A DNA stretch of 64,000 bases from Sphagnum compactum (GCA_965153455.1 OZ234493.1:1674001-1738000); one strand, 5' to 3'; counted from the stretch's first letter, positions 40,950 to 55,613 are shown. The notes: a model not told the origin generated them from the letters alone. Numbers and translations are program-made.

Positions 40950-43900
40950 CACTATATTCACAAGAAGATATTGAATACATTTTTTTACCAATTTGCGTAT
41001 CATTTTTTAAAATTGAATTTGAATTTAAATATATTGAATGGATTCAATTTCATATAGGAATGAATTAGTGTCTTTTGCCTCAACAACATTCAAAAAAATT
41101 CTTGCTCCACAATAATGTTTGTTGTAACCTTGGTTTTTCGATGTTTTTAATCTTGGTGCAAATAAGGAGGATTTATTGCATGTTACACATTACATCATAA
41201 AGTCATCCTTACCTTTTTGGCCAAAATTCAGCTTTATCGAGGTTGTTTATTGATTAAGTTTTATGCATCATGTCATTACTATATAACACATGTTTTATAA
41301 TATTGACCCATTTATACCTTTACAAACATGTTTTCAATGACATCTGTTTCATCTTTCAAAAGAAAGGAAAAAAAATTTAAACATTTAAAACTTTCATATT
41401 TATTAAATTACTAACTAAGATGAAACGAAAAATAAATCCATTTGAAAATGCAATAATACAAAAGAAATTGATCAAATAATGGTTGAAGAAATGTATTTGT
41501 GAATCATATTACTTTTGAAATTCACATCTAAGATTTTTTTATTTCTTAAAATCAATCTTCAACAAAATTGAATTTAAGGATTTATGAATGTTTACAAAAC
41601 AAATTATACGTGCAAAATTTCATTTTATCATTGTTACACGATTGCATACATAATAGAAATGAATACACTAAAATAATTTTGTGCATGTTTTGTGATAGGA
41701 TTAATGGTTATTATTTTTGTGTTTACATTTTCATACTTTATCATAATAAACATTTGTTTACACTTTTGTAATGAGCATTTTGTGTTTCTGTCTTTAGGTT
41801 CTTCATGTGGTTTGTCTTGTATTTGTGTTTATATTTAAACTTAAAGTTATTTTTCATCATTTGTCTTCATAGTTTTTGCACATTTGTGACGTTATGGGTA
41901 AATAATGACCAACATTGTTTTCATTACAAATATCATTGTTTGATGATAAATCTTAAACAAATTTACAATATATGAATTATTGATTTCCCAATATATAAAT
42001 TTACAATATCCTTGAAATTAATAAAAACTTTTAAAACTATTATTGACATTACAAAATAAAATAAAATATTAAAATGATGCTACAAAATAAACATGATTTA
42101 GTGATATAAAATGGTTTTTATGTTTTTTGAAATTCATTTGATGATCTTTGTTTCTTTTGCAAATATGACCTATTAGAAAAAAAATCCATCTTGTCTATTG
42201 CATAATTTATTGTACATGAATGTCATTTTTATATTTACAATTTATTTACTATTGTAATACCTTCACATCTTTGACACTAATTAAATTATTGGCAAAAAAC
42301 AAATTCCAATTATTTTTTTTAAAACAAAATTTTGTGAAGGAAAATATAATCTTTTTTAATATTCAAGTATATTTTATTCTTGACATGAAATTTTTTAATT
42401 CATTAATTATTCTACAAAAATGTGTTGAATGTTTTTTTTACTACATTAATCAAAATTATTTAAATAATCTTGAAAGCATTATGAGTCTATTAAATCATGT
42501 GTGTTTTTTTTCCCATGAATATGTTGTGGTGGTTATAACTTTTTTTTCAATTGTGTTATTAATTTAAATTCATGAGAGGGTGAATCACTTGTTGGCATAG
42601 GATCTTTGATAAAAGGAAAAAAGAAAGCAAATAAATGATTTAAATAAAATATTTAAATAAATGATCTAGTTTGTGGGCAATTCATCAATATTTGCAAATT
42701 GAATGCAAATTGAAATGGGCAAGACTTTTAAAATCATAATAGTTGATTATTTTTTTTAATTATAAAATTTTCCCATTTTCTATGCAGTTAGAAACATGTT
42801 CAAAGTTTTGGTCTTGATTTCAAATTTTACAATTATCAAGATTTAATAGTTTAGTTCAATTAATTGCATATTAATCATAAATCACATGTTTTTCAACCTA
42901 CTACCATTATGTAACATTAAAACTTTGAGATTCCTTTGTGCATCTTGTTATTTAATAATGCATGATTTATATTCAAATGCATTTTGGTTTCATCTTTTCA
43001 TTCAACAATTTCATTTTAAGGCTTAATGGCCTATTAAATAATACATTATATATGTTTTGAAAGATGAATATTGAATTAAAATTAAAATTTTTGACCCATA
43101 CATCATGACTGCAAATTGTCTTAAATATTCTAAATTTCAACATGTTATTTCATATGAAAGGAACAACATGTCTTGGTGTATTTCAAACCACTAAACCGGA
43201 TTTTCCATCCATAAATTTTTTAATTATATTTGATATTGATTAATTTCACAATGCCAACACTTGATAACATTGAATTTAACATGATGATAAATTTTGGTTT
43301 GTATTGAAAATTAAATTTACAAATAAATCAACATGAAATTCCATTATAATTATAATTTAAAACTGATTTCTCATGAAACTTTTTAGTAATTTTTTTGGTA
43401 TACTCAATTTAATTATTATTTTAAAAATTTTAAAAAATCTACCTTAATCTATTTTATTAATTAAATCACATATGAAAACATAAAAACATAAAATTTCAAC
43501 TTTTTTTGTAAGATTTTAGTGGACACTTTTCAATCAAAATTAAAAATATATTTCATTGAACATTGAAACAATATATCCATCAAAACATTTGATCAAAGTT
43601 GATAAGTTTACAATATTTTTTTTATCAATGTTATGTTTAATAAATTCAACTTAAGCATCAACTTCATTAGCATTTAGTGGGTTGTGGCATTTGATAATTT
43701 TTTAATATCACCTCCACACATGACTTGAAGGGTGGACATTTTATTTTGTCTATTTTAACCACCATGTCCTTGGAATGGGTAAACATTTTTTTCCCCTTTT
43801 AATTATTTTCTCTTTCACATCACTTAAATATATTGCCCCTTTCAACTTTGATTTCTTTTAGAATTAGTGAAGACTTGACTTGTCATTTCAAAAAAAATTG

Positions 43901-46900
43901 GGTTTTTAAACCACTATGTTTGTTGCTAGGCTAAGTTCCTAAAAGGTCCCAAGATGAGGTGTCAACTTAGCAAATGTTTCCAAATTTGAACATCTTCAGT
44001 CAAAATTCAAATTGATGCAATGTTTTGGTTTGAGGATGACCGTAGTTTTGTTAACAACAGAAACACACCATAACAACACCAAGGATGATGGAAAATGGAG
44101 AAGAACAAAAAAATAGGATGTCAGTAACAAACCACAAAATGACAACAAGTAATAATATGGGTGTCAAATTAACATGCTAAAACATCAAGGGTGTTAAGTT
44201 GATTATGAAAAATTTCTTTTTCCAAGCAATAAAAGGCATCAAGACATTGAAGGTTGGGACGTTGGAGATATAATGTTGGAGGACACCAAAAAACACATAA
44301 AAGATGTTGTGGGCACTAGGGCTAAAAAATTTCATATTTCATATATATATTTGAACATAAGAAAGTATAGGAAGGACGTTGGGGGACATTGGAAAGGCCC
44401 CCAAAAAATTGTTTTCAAGATAATGAAAAACATCAAAAAGGACATCATGGATGTTAATAATATTAATGTTTTAATGGGTGAAAATTAAATTTCATATTTT
44501 AAAATTAATGGAAGAGGAAATGACTTCATGGAAAATATATGTGATCATGGATTACCAATTTTTGGTAATTACTTATCTTTTAAATAATTTACTTAAATAA
44601 GTTATAAATATATTAATATTTTGACCTTATGTCAATTGATTGTCATTGGTAGTGCGAAGCCCAAGTTGTTATGTTGTGAGTGCATGAGCATGAACATGTG
44701 AACTTGATATAACATTTTTGAAATATTTTGCCCATGTGGATAGAATATTGAAGTGATACATTTGGTGCCGCATGGACAAAATATTTGATGATATGGACGA
44801 ATACGTTGCACATTGACATATTTTGAAAATGGATGAAAGTTGCCAAGGACCCATTGCTTGTTTAATGTTTCTAATAAAATTCATGTGAGACATTCCCAAA
44901 TTGTAGGGTCAAACTTGGCTACCACCTTTGGTCCTAGGCCCCTTGTTTTGGGAAAGCCCTTGCTTTAAGGCTTTTGCCTACACATACCACCTTCCACAAG
45001 TTACATTTTTTTCCTATTAATAATAATAGAAATTTTATGAAGTTGAATTCTTAGAATTTAGATTGGAAAATGCTTTTAGCAATTTCGTATAGGAAAGGTT
45101 TTATCTTGAGAGCCTTTGGGGAATTTCAAACCCTTTTTGTGAATTTAGGGAAAGAAGGTACAATATCATTAATTCAAGATTTTCACATGACCCTCCATTT
45201 GGTTGGTCTATCCTAATACCTTTGGGGATTTGACATACCTAGCACATGAAATATTTGGAAGTGTCCAAATATGGACCCTTCTCCTCAATAGTTTTTAAAA
45301 GTGGCAATTTATTGTACATTTACAATATGGGTAAATGACATGTAAGTACCCTACTTAATGCATACCATTAAGTTAGGAGATTTTGCCAATATTCTATGAA
45401 GGTGATGGAAAGGAGCTTGTTAGTTTTTGGTTGTATGTCATGATAGTTGTGATATTAAGACTAGTTCCACTAGATAGCAAAATATAATTTTGTAAACTTT
45501 AATCTAGATGAAATTTAGGCCAATTAAAATGCCATCACATATTAAGCCAATTTCACATATTTTATGTTTTGTCCTAACATGATCTTGAATTTTTAAACAT
45601 TTAAACATGTAAGCCATGATGGTAAAAACATGGGTAGGTGGTTTGTTTTTTGTATCATGAAAAGTTCACATTTTATAGTTGTTAGAATTCTTAAAATTAT
45701 GGTGATTATCATATTATAAATATTATAATTATACCTTTTTATTGGTTAAATATATTGGTAGGCAGCTTATATATGTCACTAGACATGTGATTGGTCCAAA
45801 AATTCATGTGAAAGCTTGCATATTTCAGTGTGAAATGGACTATAAATGATGAAAATCATGGCATTTAAATTTTTTTAAGAATCAAAACTTTTTTGTATTT
45901 GAAAAACTTCAATGAATTTTATTCTTAAATTCCTCATTTGGTGATGGCCTATCTTGTTTATTTTTGTTTAAACATTATGATGACATACTTTTTAAGTCCA
46001 CATTTTTCATTCTATTTGTGTGACAAACTTAATATCATCATTCAGAGTTCATTATGAATTCATATATATTTTTTAGAAGCTTCATATTTTTTAATATAAT
46101 TCTAATTCAAATCCATTACAACATATGGATAATAAAAAAGATTGATAATGTTATTGTTGAATATGGTTTTATATTTTAAGTTCATCTACAATTTAGTCAT
46201 TCATCACTTTTCATATGGCCGCACTTTTTCACTTTTAGTTCCTTTGTTAGGTCAATAATTTATTTTTAAAATTTGAACTTTTAAGCTTTTGGTAAATGAT
46301 TCGATGGCCAAAATGACAAATTTTAGGCTCTTAATATATAGGTTGATAATCAATAAAATTCAGAATGGTGACCTCTTGAAAGGTCATTGAAGGTTTGGTA
46401 GGGGTATTAACCTAGTACTTTGGTTTGCATTATTTCTATTAAATGCCTTTCAATAGCCCTTCAAATTGAACAACATTGTTTTTGACAATAGTATTTAAAT
46501 ATTAAATCTGGAAACAAAAATAACTTATATTATGATTTTTCTAGGTGCTTTTAAAGGATCAAGAATTAAGAATAACAGTAGATAATTTTGGTAGTTTTTA
46601 CCTTAGAAAAATGTTCATTGAAAAGAAACATTTTTTTGAAATTATTTTTTTATAATATTTGAAAATCAAATTACACTTTGAAAGCTAAAAGAAATTAGAA
46701 TATTAGTGATTGAAATTAGAATATTTCAAATATAAATTTTAAGATATTACAATGGAAGAAATAATATGGGTTTGACTTGCAAATGAAATGCCAAAAATTT
46801 GACCACAAATCATCAATCATATTATATAGTTTTAATGAAATGTGTGTTTGCCATTTAAGAAAAAGAAAGAATCAAATTGAAAGCATGGGTACAAAAATGG

Positions 46901-48095
46901 AATATTGATATTCAAATTTGAATTGAAATTTTTGAACAAGGAGGTGATTCAAATGTTGAAATGAAATAACATAGTAAACTGAATTTGAAAATTAGATTAT
47001 TAATATTATTATCATAATTTGAAAACACATATGTACATATAGTAGTTTTGACTAGAAAATATTGATGGAAAATTTGTTCAAATTATTTACATGGTCTATA
47101 CTCATAAACGTTCAAAAGAAAAAATAGCCTCAAAAATTGGAAAATAACAATTTTTACAAACTATTATGAAAATTTTGTAACAATTGGACAAATGACAATG
47201 AGCACCTCAAGGATTGGTATAGACATCACATTGACATTGAAATGGTTAAAGTGATTCTACCATTATGCACAAGTTGAAATGAAAAATCGACATTATATTT
47301 GAATTATTGGGACATAAGTTTTTAAATAATAATATTTGTAACAACGAATTTAGAATGTGATTGTATATTACAAAAAAAATTACTTGAATAAAGTTCGAAC
47401 ACTTGAATGAGAAAAAACAAATTGAAGAGAAAAGGAAATCTTGATTTTGGATTACTTCCAATTTAATTTGAAATTTTGTTCTAATGGTTAAGGCTTCATG
47501 AACCAATTCAAGGTGCCTTTGTGTTTTTTTTTTTTTTGTTATTAAAGTGATTATAATCAAAATTTTAGGTTGAAATAGCTAAGATTGATGGTCTTTTAAT
47601 GTTTTTTCAAATTTTCATAAAACACAAAAAGCATGTTCCCAAATGTGATTGTCATTTGCTAGTTTATTAGATTAAAAAAATTGAAATTGACATAGAAATT
47701 GTTACACCCCACATCCTGTCCTGAGGGAAACTGAGAGGAAACCTTACCTTGAAAATGTATTTGATATTGGATACATTTGGCATTATTGCACCTTCCACTA
47801 AAAAATGTCATCTAGTTCACATTTTAGGTTGATCGCCACCAACTTCATCTCCTTGACATAATTTTTCAGTTGATAATTGATTTTTGTTTTATAGTTGTTT
47901 GAATAACAATTGCATCATATTTTTCCTTGTTGTTCTAGACTACTAGGAATGGATGGTCTTAAAATCAAGTTCTCCATGTCCGAGTTGAATGCATAACTCT
48001 CAAAATCTCACAATTCAATGAATGTACTTAATTGTTTCAAAACACCATTGGCATATTTTATTAACATGTTTCCCTTGATTGCAATAATTTTGGCA

Positions 48096-48258
48096 CATTA
48101 TGCCAAAATGTGACTTTAAAAAACACGACTATAGAATAATTAGATTCGTTGCTATGCCATTTTTGTAGTTGTTTATGTTAAAATGATATAAATGATGGGT
48201 CTTATTTGATTATGTAGTCATTTGAGTGTAGTCATGAAAGTCACATTTTGGTGTAATG
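48096..48258. mobile_element. Small MITE with 22-bp TIRs
   Basis: cattatgccaaaatgtgacttt (48096-48117) versus aaagtcacattttggtgtaatg (48237-48258): 20/22 complementary. Confidence 0.55.
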
Positions 48259-49478
48259 GCAACACATAAAATCACACCCATCCTAGAAGGGGGTAATACC
48301 CTTTGTTGGAAGCGTGTTGAACTTGATCTTTGTTAAATAACTTTTGCAAATTTTCCCAATTCACCTTGAAATCTTTTCCTTCAACAATGATCCCTTTTGA
48401 CAAATGCCAAACATATTGTAATGTTTCTTTGTCATCTTTGGTAGATTACAATATTCAATTCTTGTGTCTTTGCGAATTTTCTATAGAGGGTTACCAACTA
48501 TTTTGAATTTGAATCCATTGTGGCTTTTGATGAACCATTTTAAAGTCCCTTTTGACTAGATGTTCAAATTAACATTTAGTCAAAAGGTCACTTTATTGTA
48601 TTAGCCAAAATTAATACATGTCTTTTACGTCCTAACCCTTTGGTCAAAGTGCACATCCTCTTTGGTCAATGTAAACGTTTTAGTCAAGTTAAACTTTAAA
48701 ATTCAAAAGTTGTGTTTTCTTGTAGTGAAGGAATACCAATCCTTTTATTGTTCACTAAAAAAGTTATTTTCATCACTAACCTTACCAAATCCACGTGAAT
48801 GAAGTAATATTAAATAATTTAAATATGAACTAATAATTAAATTTTTATTATTGAAAGCTTATGTTGCATAAAAATGTTGCTCAAAAGGAAGTTTATATTT
48901 GGAGAAAAACCTAAAATGCTAATGAAAGATGGTATTAAAAATCTAATATTTTAAATTCATCATTCAAAGTTCTTCCATGTAGGTGGAAAGGATTAAAATT
49001 AATAAATGAGGAGTTGAAGTATGATCATCTTGAACCTTACTTATAATATCTTAATATTTTCTGCCTATTGAAAGGTTTGTTATAATGACAATATAAACCA
49101 TAATCATAATTACAAGATGGAATTACAAAAAACTAGGTTTTAGATTGATTTTCAACTTGGTTTCATGTTGAATTGATGTCAAAGCATGTGCACTTTAGTA
49201 TGTGCCTTGAGACCATGAAACCAAATGAGTAGTAAATACTTTGGTTATTTTTGGAATTTTGTGAAAATAGAAGAATTTTTTATAACCATATATCATGGAA
49301 GGGCCTATACTCCTATACTTAATATTGGTGCAAGTCAAAGGTAACAAGATGGATTGGTATGGAATCCTCTAGGTGCATACTTTTTTCCTTTCTTTTGTTT
49401 TGTTAAACTTTCATAATTTTGTCTTTTTGTATTTTTTGTTCACTGTTTACAAATGTGAAACTTCAATTTGATCATTGT

Positions 49479-49820
49479 CAACATCACCATTACTAGTTTC
49501 AACGTTAACATTTCTAATGCTAATTTTGTATAGTTGGATTAAACAAAATTATATGAAATTAATGTGAGGCAAACTAGCATAACAAAGTTAGTCCATGCTA
49601 ATTCATAATTATATTTTATAATTATGTTTTGCAAGAGAATTAATTTTGTAATCTTTAATAACATTTTCACCACTAATAATTGCAATTCAACATTACCAAT
49701 TCTAGAACTAGCATTTTTATGCTAATATTGTATAACTAGATTAAAGAATCTATAGGGAATTAATGTGAGAGAATCTACCACAATAGAGTTAATATATTTG
49801 CAAGGCTATTTGCAAGAGAT
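49479..49820. repeat. Old diverged duplication (~209 bp x2)
   Basis: caacat(c/t)acca...atgctaat.ttgtata....gattaaa...aattaatgtgag...ttgcaagaga occurs twice. Confidence 0.6.
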
Positions 49821-50419
49821 GTTATTAAAAATTCATTTATGTTTCATTTAGTTCAATAATGTTGGTGTCACAACGGATTCAAGTTCAAGTTAATGTTAAT
49901 GGCACAAAACATAGTTGAAAGTGCAAGACAACAAACTTAAGTTTAAAGTGAAAAAGAAGAGTGATCTTAGCCTCAACTCCATTGAATGAACGAGATGAAA
50001 TAGGCCCATCCACAAGGGAATTATGAAATTATAATATTATTGCAACAAGATATTAATTTGGGAGCTTTACAAGGCTAGAAAATTTGAAAATAATCTAACA
50101 ATAATCAAATTTGAGTTTATTCCAATAAATCGACCATCTACTAAAGTATTTGGCACTAAAATAGGATGAATAATTAATTTTAATCATGGAAGCAACATCA
50201 GTTTCACTAAAGACGATTCCACGTAGATTCATTTGATTGTGATACTAAATAATTGATTTAATGATTTTTCAAGATATTTTTCATCACCATTTATATTGTC
50301 ACTATCAAATATCATCCAACCTTGACTATAATAATACAACCAACAATGGCAATGGTACCACAAGTGGTAATATTTAAAAAATCCAATTATCAAAATATTG
50401 TGACGATGATTATGTAGTT

Positions 50420-51136
50420 TAACGCATTTGTAAATTGACAAATATGTGTAAAATTAAACTTCATGTCACCATATATAGTTGATGAAACATTCTTTAAAAG
50501 AATTGTAGCAAGTGCACTCATTGAAAATAAATTTACAAATCCCTACAAGAAGAGGAAAAACTTTCATAAATAGAAAGAGTTTTGATATCCTCAAGATTTG
50601 TCTCGTCAATAACAAGTTTATAGTCACAAAACCAACATTTGTACAACCATAACACCATGTGAGAACATGCTACACCTTACAAGTTACAAATCCTCCAATG
50701 GAAATGAGATAAGGAGGACATTAAATTTTTTCACAAACCTAATATTTGATAAATTGATCTTAATGACACAAGGACTATCACCATGTTCATATTTGAACTT
50801 TGCATCAAAACTAAAACTAATGAATTTGATATAATTCCCAATTTGGTTAGAATGATGTGGTGCAAGAGCTTCTAAAATCACCACCGTGAGCTTTTGGAAA
50901 CCTTCATGATCAACCAAAATCTTCTTGAAAATACTTGTATAATTTTTTTAGTTGTCCACACTTTGATACATGTTCATAACTTTTCCCTTAAAGCAAGCAC
51001 CTTGCATTTTCAGAACTACATCATCAATGTTTGAAATAACAAAATAGTTTTCACCTTTCACTCTCTTTGTAAAGCTAGAGGAAGAATCTACTTTATTAAC
51101 AATTCTCTTTGCAAGAATCCCCAAGTTGGTAGCCAT
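50420..51136 (-). pseudogene. Decayed RPA70-like OB-fold ssDNA-binding gene, possibly Helitron cargo
   Basis: ORFs 51136-50948 and 50917-50684 are in the same frame, separated by one TAA. The joined peptide FKGKVMNMYQ...ILVDHEGFQKLTVVI...QIGNYIKFISFSF..HGDSPCVIKIN resembles the RPA1 DBD-A pattern (VLVDExGxxIxATI..EGxxYxISNF..xxHxYEIxF). A frameshifted downstream ATILLKNVSSTIYGDMKFNFT (about 50510-50440) resembles the end of DBD-B. Confidence 0.5.
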
Positions 51137-51739
51137 GATAAGAAATAAAAAAAGCTTTCAAAAATTTGAGATCAAAATGGAGATGGAATGATGCAATGGA
51201 TACATGAAATGATAATGTGAACATGAAGTCTTCTCACATTCATAAAATGGAAAAGTGGATGGCCCATGGTGCTTACAATGATTCATGATAAGATGATTTT
51301 GCACCAGAAGATAATCATAGTCATAGTGGATGAATGCTAATGAAATTAGCATGATCTCACCCTACATTCGGCACATTCAAAATGGCGAGATTGCAAAAAG
51401 AACACTCTAGTTTCTAAGGGCCAAAGTCCCATATGAAACTATTATTCTCTATAACAAATCTTAACACAATATCCCTGCTTTGGAAGGCCAGGCACACCAG
51501 AAACACCCATGCAGCCTGAGCTGTTGGCCAAGTGTGAACATGACTATGTAGTTGCTCCAAATGTGAACAGGACCCTAACAATAGAGAGTTACTTAAAAAT
51601 TTAAATTGCAGTTTCTACAACAGTCACAAAATCCTGTGACTATTAGCATGAGTTCTTCGCAGTAACAAATTTCTCTAGTTTTTGCCATTGTAGTAGAAAA
51701 TACAGAAATTGGTAGCAAAATTATTTTAGTTCTAATGTA

Positions 51740-54700
51740 TTATAGTACGAAAGGAAGGACAGGACAGACCTGAATTGACCCTCCTTCACCCAATTCAAGA
51801 TGTGTCCTACTTGCTGCTGCACTAGAAAGATATCTAAATCTTGTAATGTTGCATGGCCCATCTGCGAAAGAATTTGCAGATTCAAACTCGAAAGAACTAC
51901 CAAAATGAATAAAACTCAACACCATCATATGATGTGCACTAAGCTGAACAAATGATGTATTATTTTCTTGATTGTTTAACCTGGAATTCCTATGAAGATG
52001 AACTCCTCACCTTCTACATATATGGAGAGTGTATCATGGTTGTGATAGAGATCTAGAAAGACTTGGCATTGCTTGCGTTACTTGGGAGAAGGAACAGGTC
52101 AAGAGGGGCTTTATTCTCCCAATCTGGGAGAGATACCTGCTTGAATTTGGACTTGACGGTACTCCTGAACCAAAACCAGAGAGGGTTCTTGGGTAGACAA
52201 TGTACTTGTATTTCAGTGCAAAATACAGCATTGGGTAAATTAGTGTGCACAGGAGGGCCACTGTCATTGCCACCATTGCACAATGCTGCATGTGTTGAAT
52301 CTTTAATCTGTCAAAATAGCCCAACATCATTTCATAGTGTATTAGTGTGACAGGCAAAAACCCATGACAAAAAGGTCATTGCATTTAGAGAACAATGTAT
52401 CCAGATAGAAGTACCTCAATATTTCCATTTCACTTCTGAGGGCTTTGAAATCCACAGCCATCTTCACCTCCAGTGCTGCAATATCCGCATCTCTCTTTAG
52501 TTCCTGCACTTGTTGAATCAAACTTCAGGTTCAAACAATAATAAACTGAACACTCAAAGCATCTTCACTATTGAAAATCTGATGGTGTCTGTGTGACTCT
52601 GTGTGACAATTATAGTGTTTCTTGAGAACAAACCATGATGCTAACATGTATTATCCATCAGATCCTGCCAATCCACCCTTGATTGCAAGTGTTGCGATGC
52701 TAGTAAACCAACAGCCTTTTTGTAGAGCAGTGACAGGGCTACTGCTTGATAAAACTTTTAGATACACATGAAAGAGAAGAATCACATGATGCTTACCATT
52801 TCCTTAAGGCGAACAGCAAGTGAGGCAGACATCGCAGTTTCATCTCTTAAATGTGTTGTCACAGTTGAGAGGTCTCGGTCCAAATCAATGATCATTTGCT
52901 GGTACTTTGCATTCAATTCTTCCAAATATCTATCACGCACTGACTGGTTGATCTCCAGCAGCCTAACCTTCTGCATTGTTATCTTCAATACTGACTCCCC
53001 TGATGGCCGACCTGACACATGCAACCATCCTTCTTCTACTGTGTTTCCTGCTGTAGGTTTCCCCTCTTCCTTGTTGGATGAGGACTTCCCAACCCCTCCT
53101 ATTTCACTCTCTGTGACCTGAACTGATTCCACTGCCTCCTTTGATGGTGCAAGTGGCTCAAACAATGAATCAATTGACCTGACATCATATCCACTAGCAG
53201 GACTTGGTGGAAGTGCTTGACTGGGAGGGGAAGAGCTTGCTTGTGAGGATCCAACATCTCCAGCACAACCATTAGGTGGTTGCTGCCCTTTGCTATTCTT
53301 TAGTGCAGCATCCCCCTCTTGTCCAACCATCCAATCCTCCAAAAGGTGCTCAATAGCATCAACTCCATGGACTTGAAACACACTGAGAGTACAGTAGAAC
53401 TCATACCCATAATGAGAAACTAGTCGCAGCATCAAACAGCGAACCCACTTTGGCTGAGCTAGTTGGAACTTCTGTGCATGCCGGACATTCTCAGCTTCAA
53501 AAGTCCCAAGAGGCAGCCAATCATCAGTTGGGTAAACCTCAGGGCTGCCTAAAATTTCAAATTGCTTCACATTTGAGGAGTGAAATTCATAGTTTCCGAT
53601 AACCACAGTATCAACAAGTGTTTCTTCTGCGAGTTCAATGACTACAAATTTTTCTTCCACACTGCAAGGATTGCGAAGATACTTATCTTTATCTGGCAGA
53701 AGGAGGTTTCCTGCCCCTTTGGCATCCTTGTTGGCTTTCACCACTTTAGCTCCATGTGCACTGTCTGCGAAATTGTAAGAGTAATCACGATTTTGGTGAT
53801 GAACATGACTGGGAAAACCATTAGTATCTACATTACTACTGTGCTCTTGCTTCATAGCAACTACTGATCTTTTGTACTCATCTAAGGTTTTGACCTGCAC
53901 CACTCGTGCTGGTCTGATAGGCTCTTCTTGTACCACATTCTGGTTTCCACTCCCTACCACCACCTCTAATGCCTCTGTGTTTTTATCCTTTGAAGTCGAA
54001 GAACCACTAACTCCGGTGCCTTCTGATGATGGTTCTGCAATCCCAGTAAAAACCTGAACTGAATTTTGGACAGATTCATGCTCAGTCACACCACCGCCAA
54101 CATCTCTTGGAGCATCAGACTCCTCCAGTGGAGGGACTGGCCTGTGTTGAGAGAGCTTCACATTCTGTGAGTCCAGTAAAAGAGAATCCTGGTTGTCCAT
54201 GATTGACTGCACAAGTGATGAATCACAAGGACAAACCCGAGTTGCCCCACTTGTCAATAACTTCCTGGAATTAGTGCTGCACAGTGGCTGGCATGTGACT
54301 GAACCAGAGTGAGGGTCCCGAAGGCACAGTAAAATGTGTGAGCTTGCATCCAGATACATCACAACATCATCACTGGCCATTTGTCTGCTTTGGTCAGAGA
54401 GATCAAGTTCTCCTCCACATATCTTGTCCAAAACTGCTGTTTCGTATGCCCACAAAAGCTCATCATTTGAACTTGTTCCAGCGCCAGCTCCTTCACCTTT
54501 GCAGTTTGTTCCCAAATCTCCAACCAGACAAAGTATGTTGTTTCCATCTCCCCGCCTCTTGATAGGTCTCTCAACATTCTCAGGCTGCAATTCTTCAGCT
54601 GTGCTTGGATATTCCTCTTTCTCTGTGCCGACTTCATCATTGATACAACTACTATTCTCTTCTGATCCTGGCTCATCATGAGTTTCAAGAACTAAACGTG

Positions 54701-55613
54701 ATCTTGGAAATCCAGAAAATTCTTTCTCTAAGTTCTGAGTTGATTCAGTAGATCCTTTTCCTTTATCTGAGTCAAGAAAAGCATTGGCTTCAGTTGCTTC
54801 ATTGTCAAGTTGTTGAGATTTGGATGCTTGAAATCCCTGGTCTGCCATTGTTCTGATCACATTTGATTCAGCAAGCTTTTCTGGTGGTGTTGAGACAGGG
54901 TCAACAAACCATTCTGCACTACTAGTGTGCTCATTGCATTCCTCACTGCCAAAGAACTCACTATCTTCTGTAAGAGAACACTGTGGAAGCCGTCCTGGAT
55001 CCTCCTGCCGAGGAAACTCTTGTGAGGAGCTTTCTTCTGTGGAAGCAGCTTCTCCACTCCAGAATATTGATAGCCATGGTTGCCTCACTTGTCCATGGCT
55101 AAAAGAATCTGTTGCAAACATGTGGAACAGTTTCTTCTATATGAGACCTAAATTCAAAGAGCCACATGTAGCCATGAAATCATGTTCTCCTCAAGCTTTT
55201 GTCAGCTACTTCGCTCCAGTGGAGTTAATATCCTTTGGCTCAAGGAACGCTAAAGCTCTCAAGCTTTTCTCAGTTACCTGCTACAGTGGAGTTCATATCC
55301 TTTGCTTCAAGGAACCCTAAAGCTCTCAAGCAACAGTTTTCAGCAAAGCCTTAAACAGCTCTTCAAAGCAACTGCATGCCAGCGGTGCTTTGGAGATGGA
55401 CATACCTGGGTCGTCATAGTAGCTGTGACTGAAGGTCGAATTCAGCAGCAGAAACAGACACCATACTCCCGCTATGACTGCGACAGGTACTCCATACCAG
55501 CACGGCTGCAGCTTTGGTACTGCTGCTGCGGCTGATATAGTCACGTCCTGCGGCACAGTTGCTGCCTTCTTCTTTGTTGTTCTCTGTTTCCCTCTTCCCG
55601 ATTTTTTCTGCAT
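51740..55613 (-). CDS. Mid-SUN domain protein (plant SUN3/4/5, Slp1/SUCO type), ER/nuclear-envelope membrane protein, about 955-960 aa
   Basis: Exons 55613-55406 (basic N-terminus plus [16 protein letters not shown]), 55108-52797, 52503-52415, then 52307-52034 (read-through) or 52307-52206 plus 51896-51740 (spliced). Central SUN domain: [76 protein letters not shown]. It is followed by [26 protein letters not shown] (coiled coil) and a C-terminal hydrophobic helix. Confidence 0.92.
55217..55331. repeat. 67-bp-period duplication in SUN intron 1
   Basis: cagtggagtt.atatcctttg..tcaaggaac.ctaaagctctcaagc at 55217 and 55284. Confidence 0.8.

Noticed and set aside
41150-41930. Isolated NPPY (methyltransferase-like) and GHYLPI (OTU-like) peptides on the minus strand
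   Set aside because: Too short and surrounded by stops, so not distinguishable from chance without a search.
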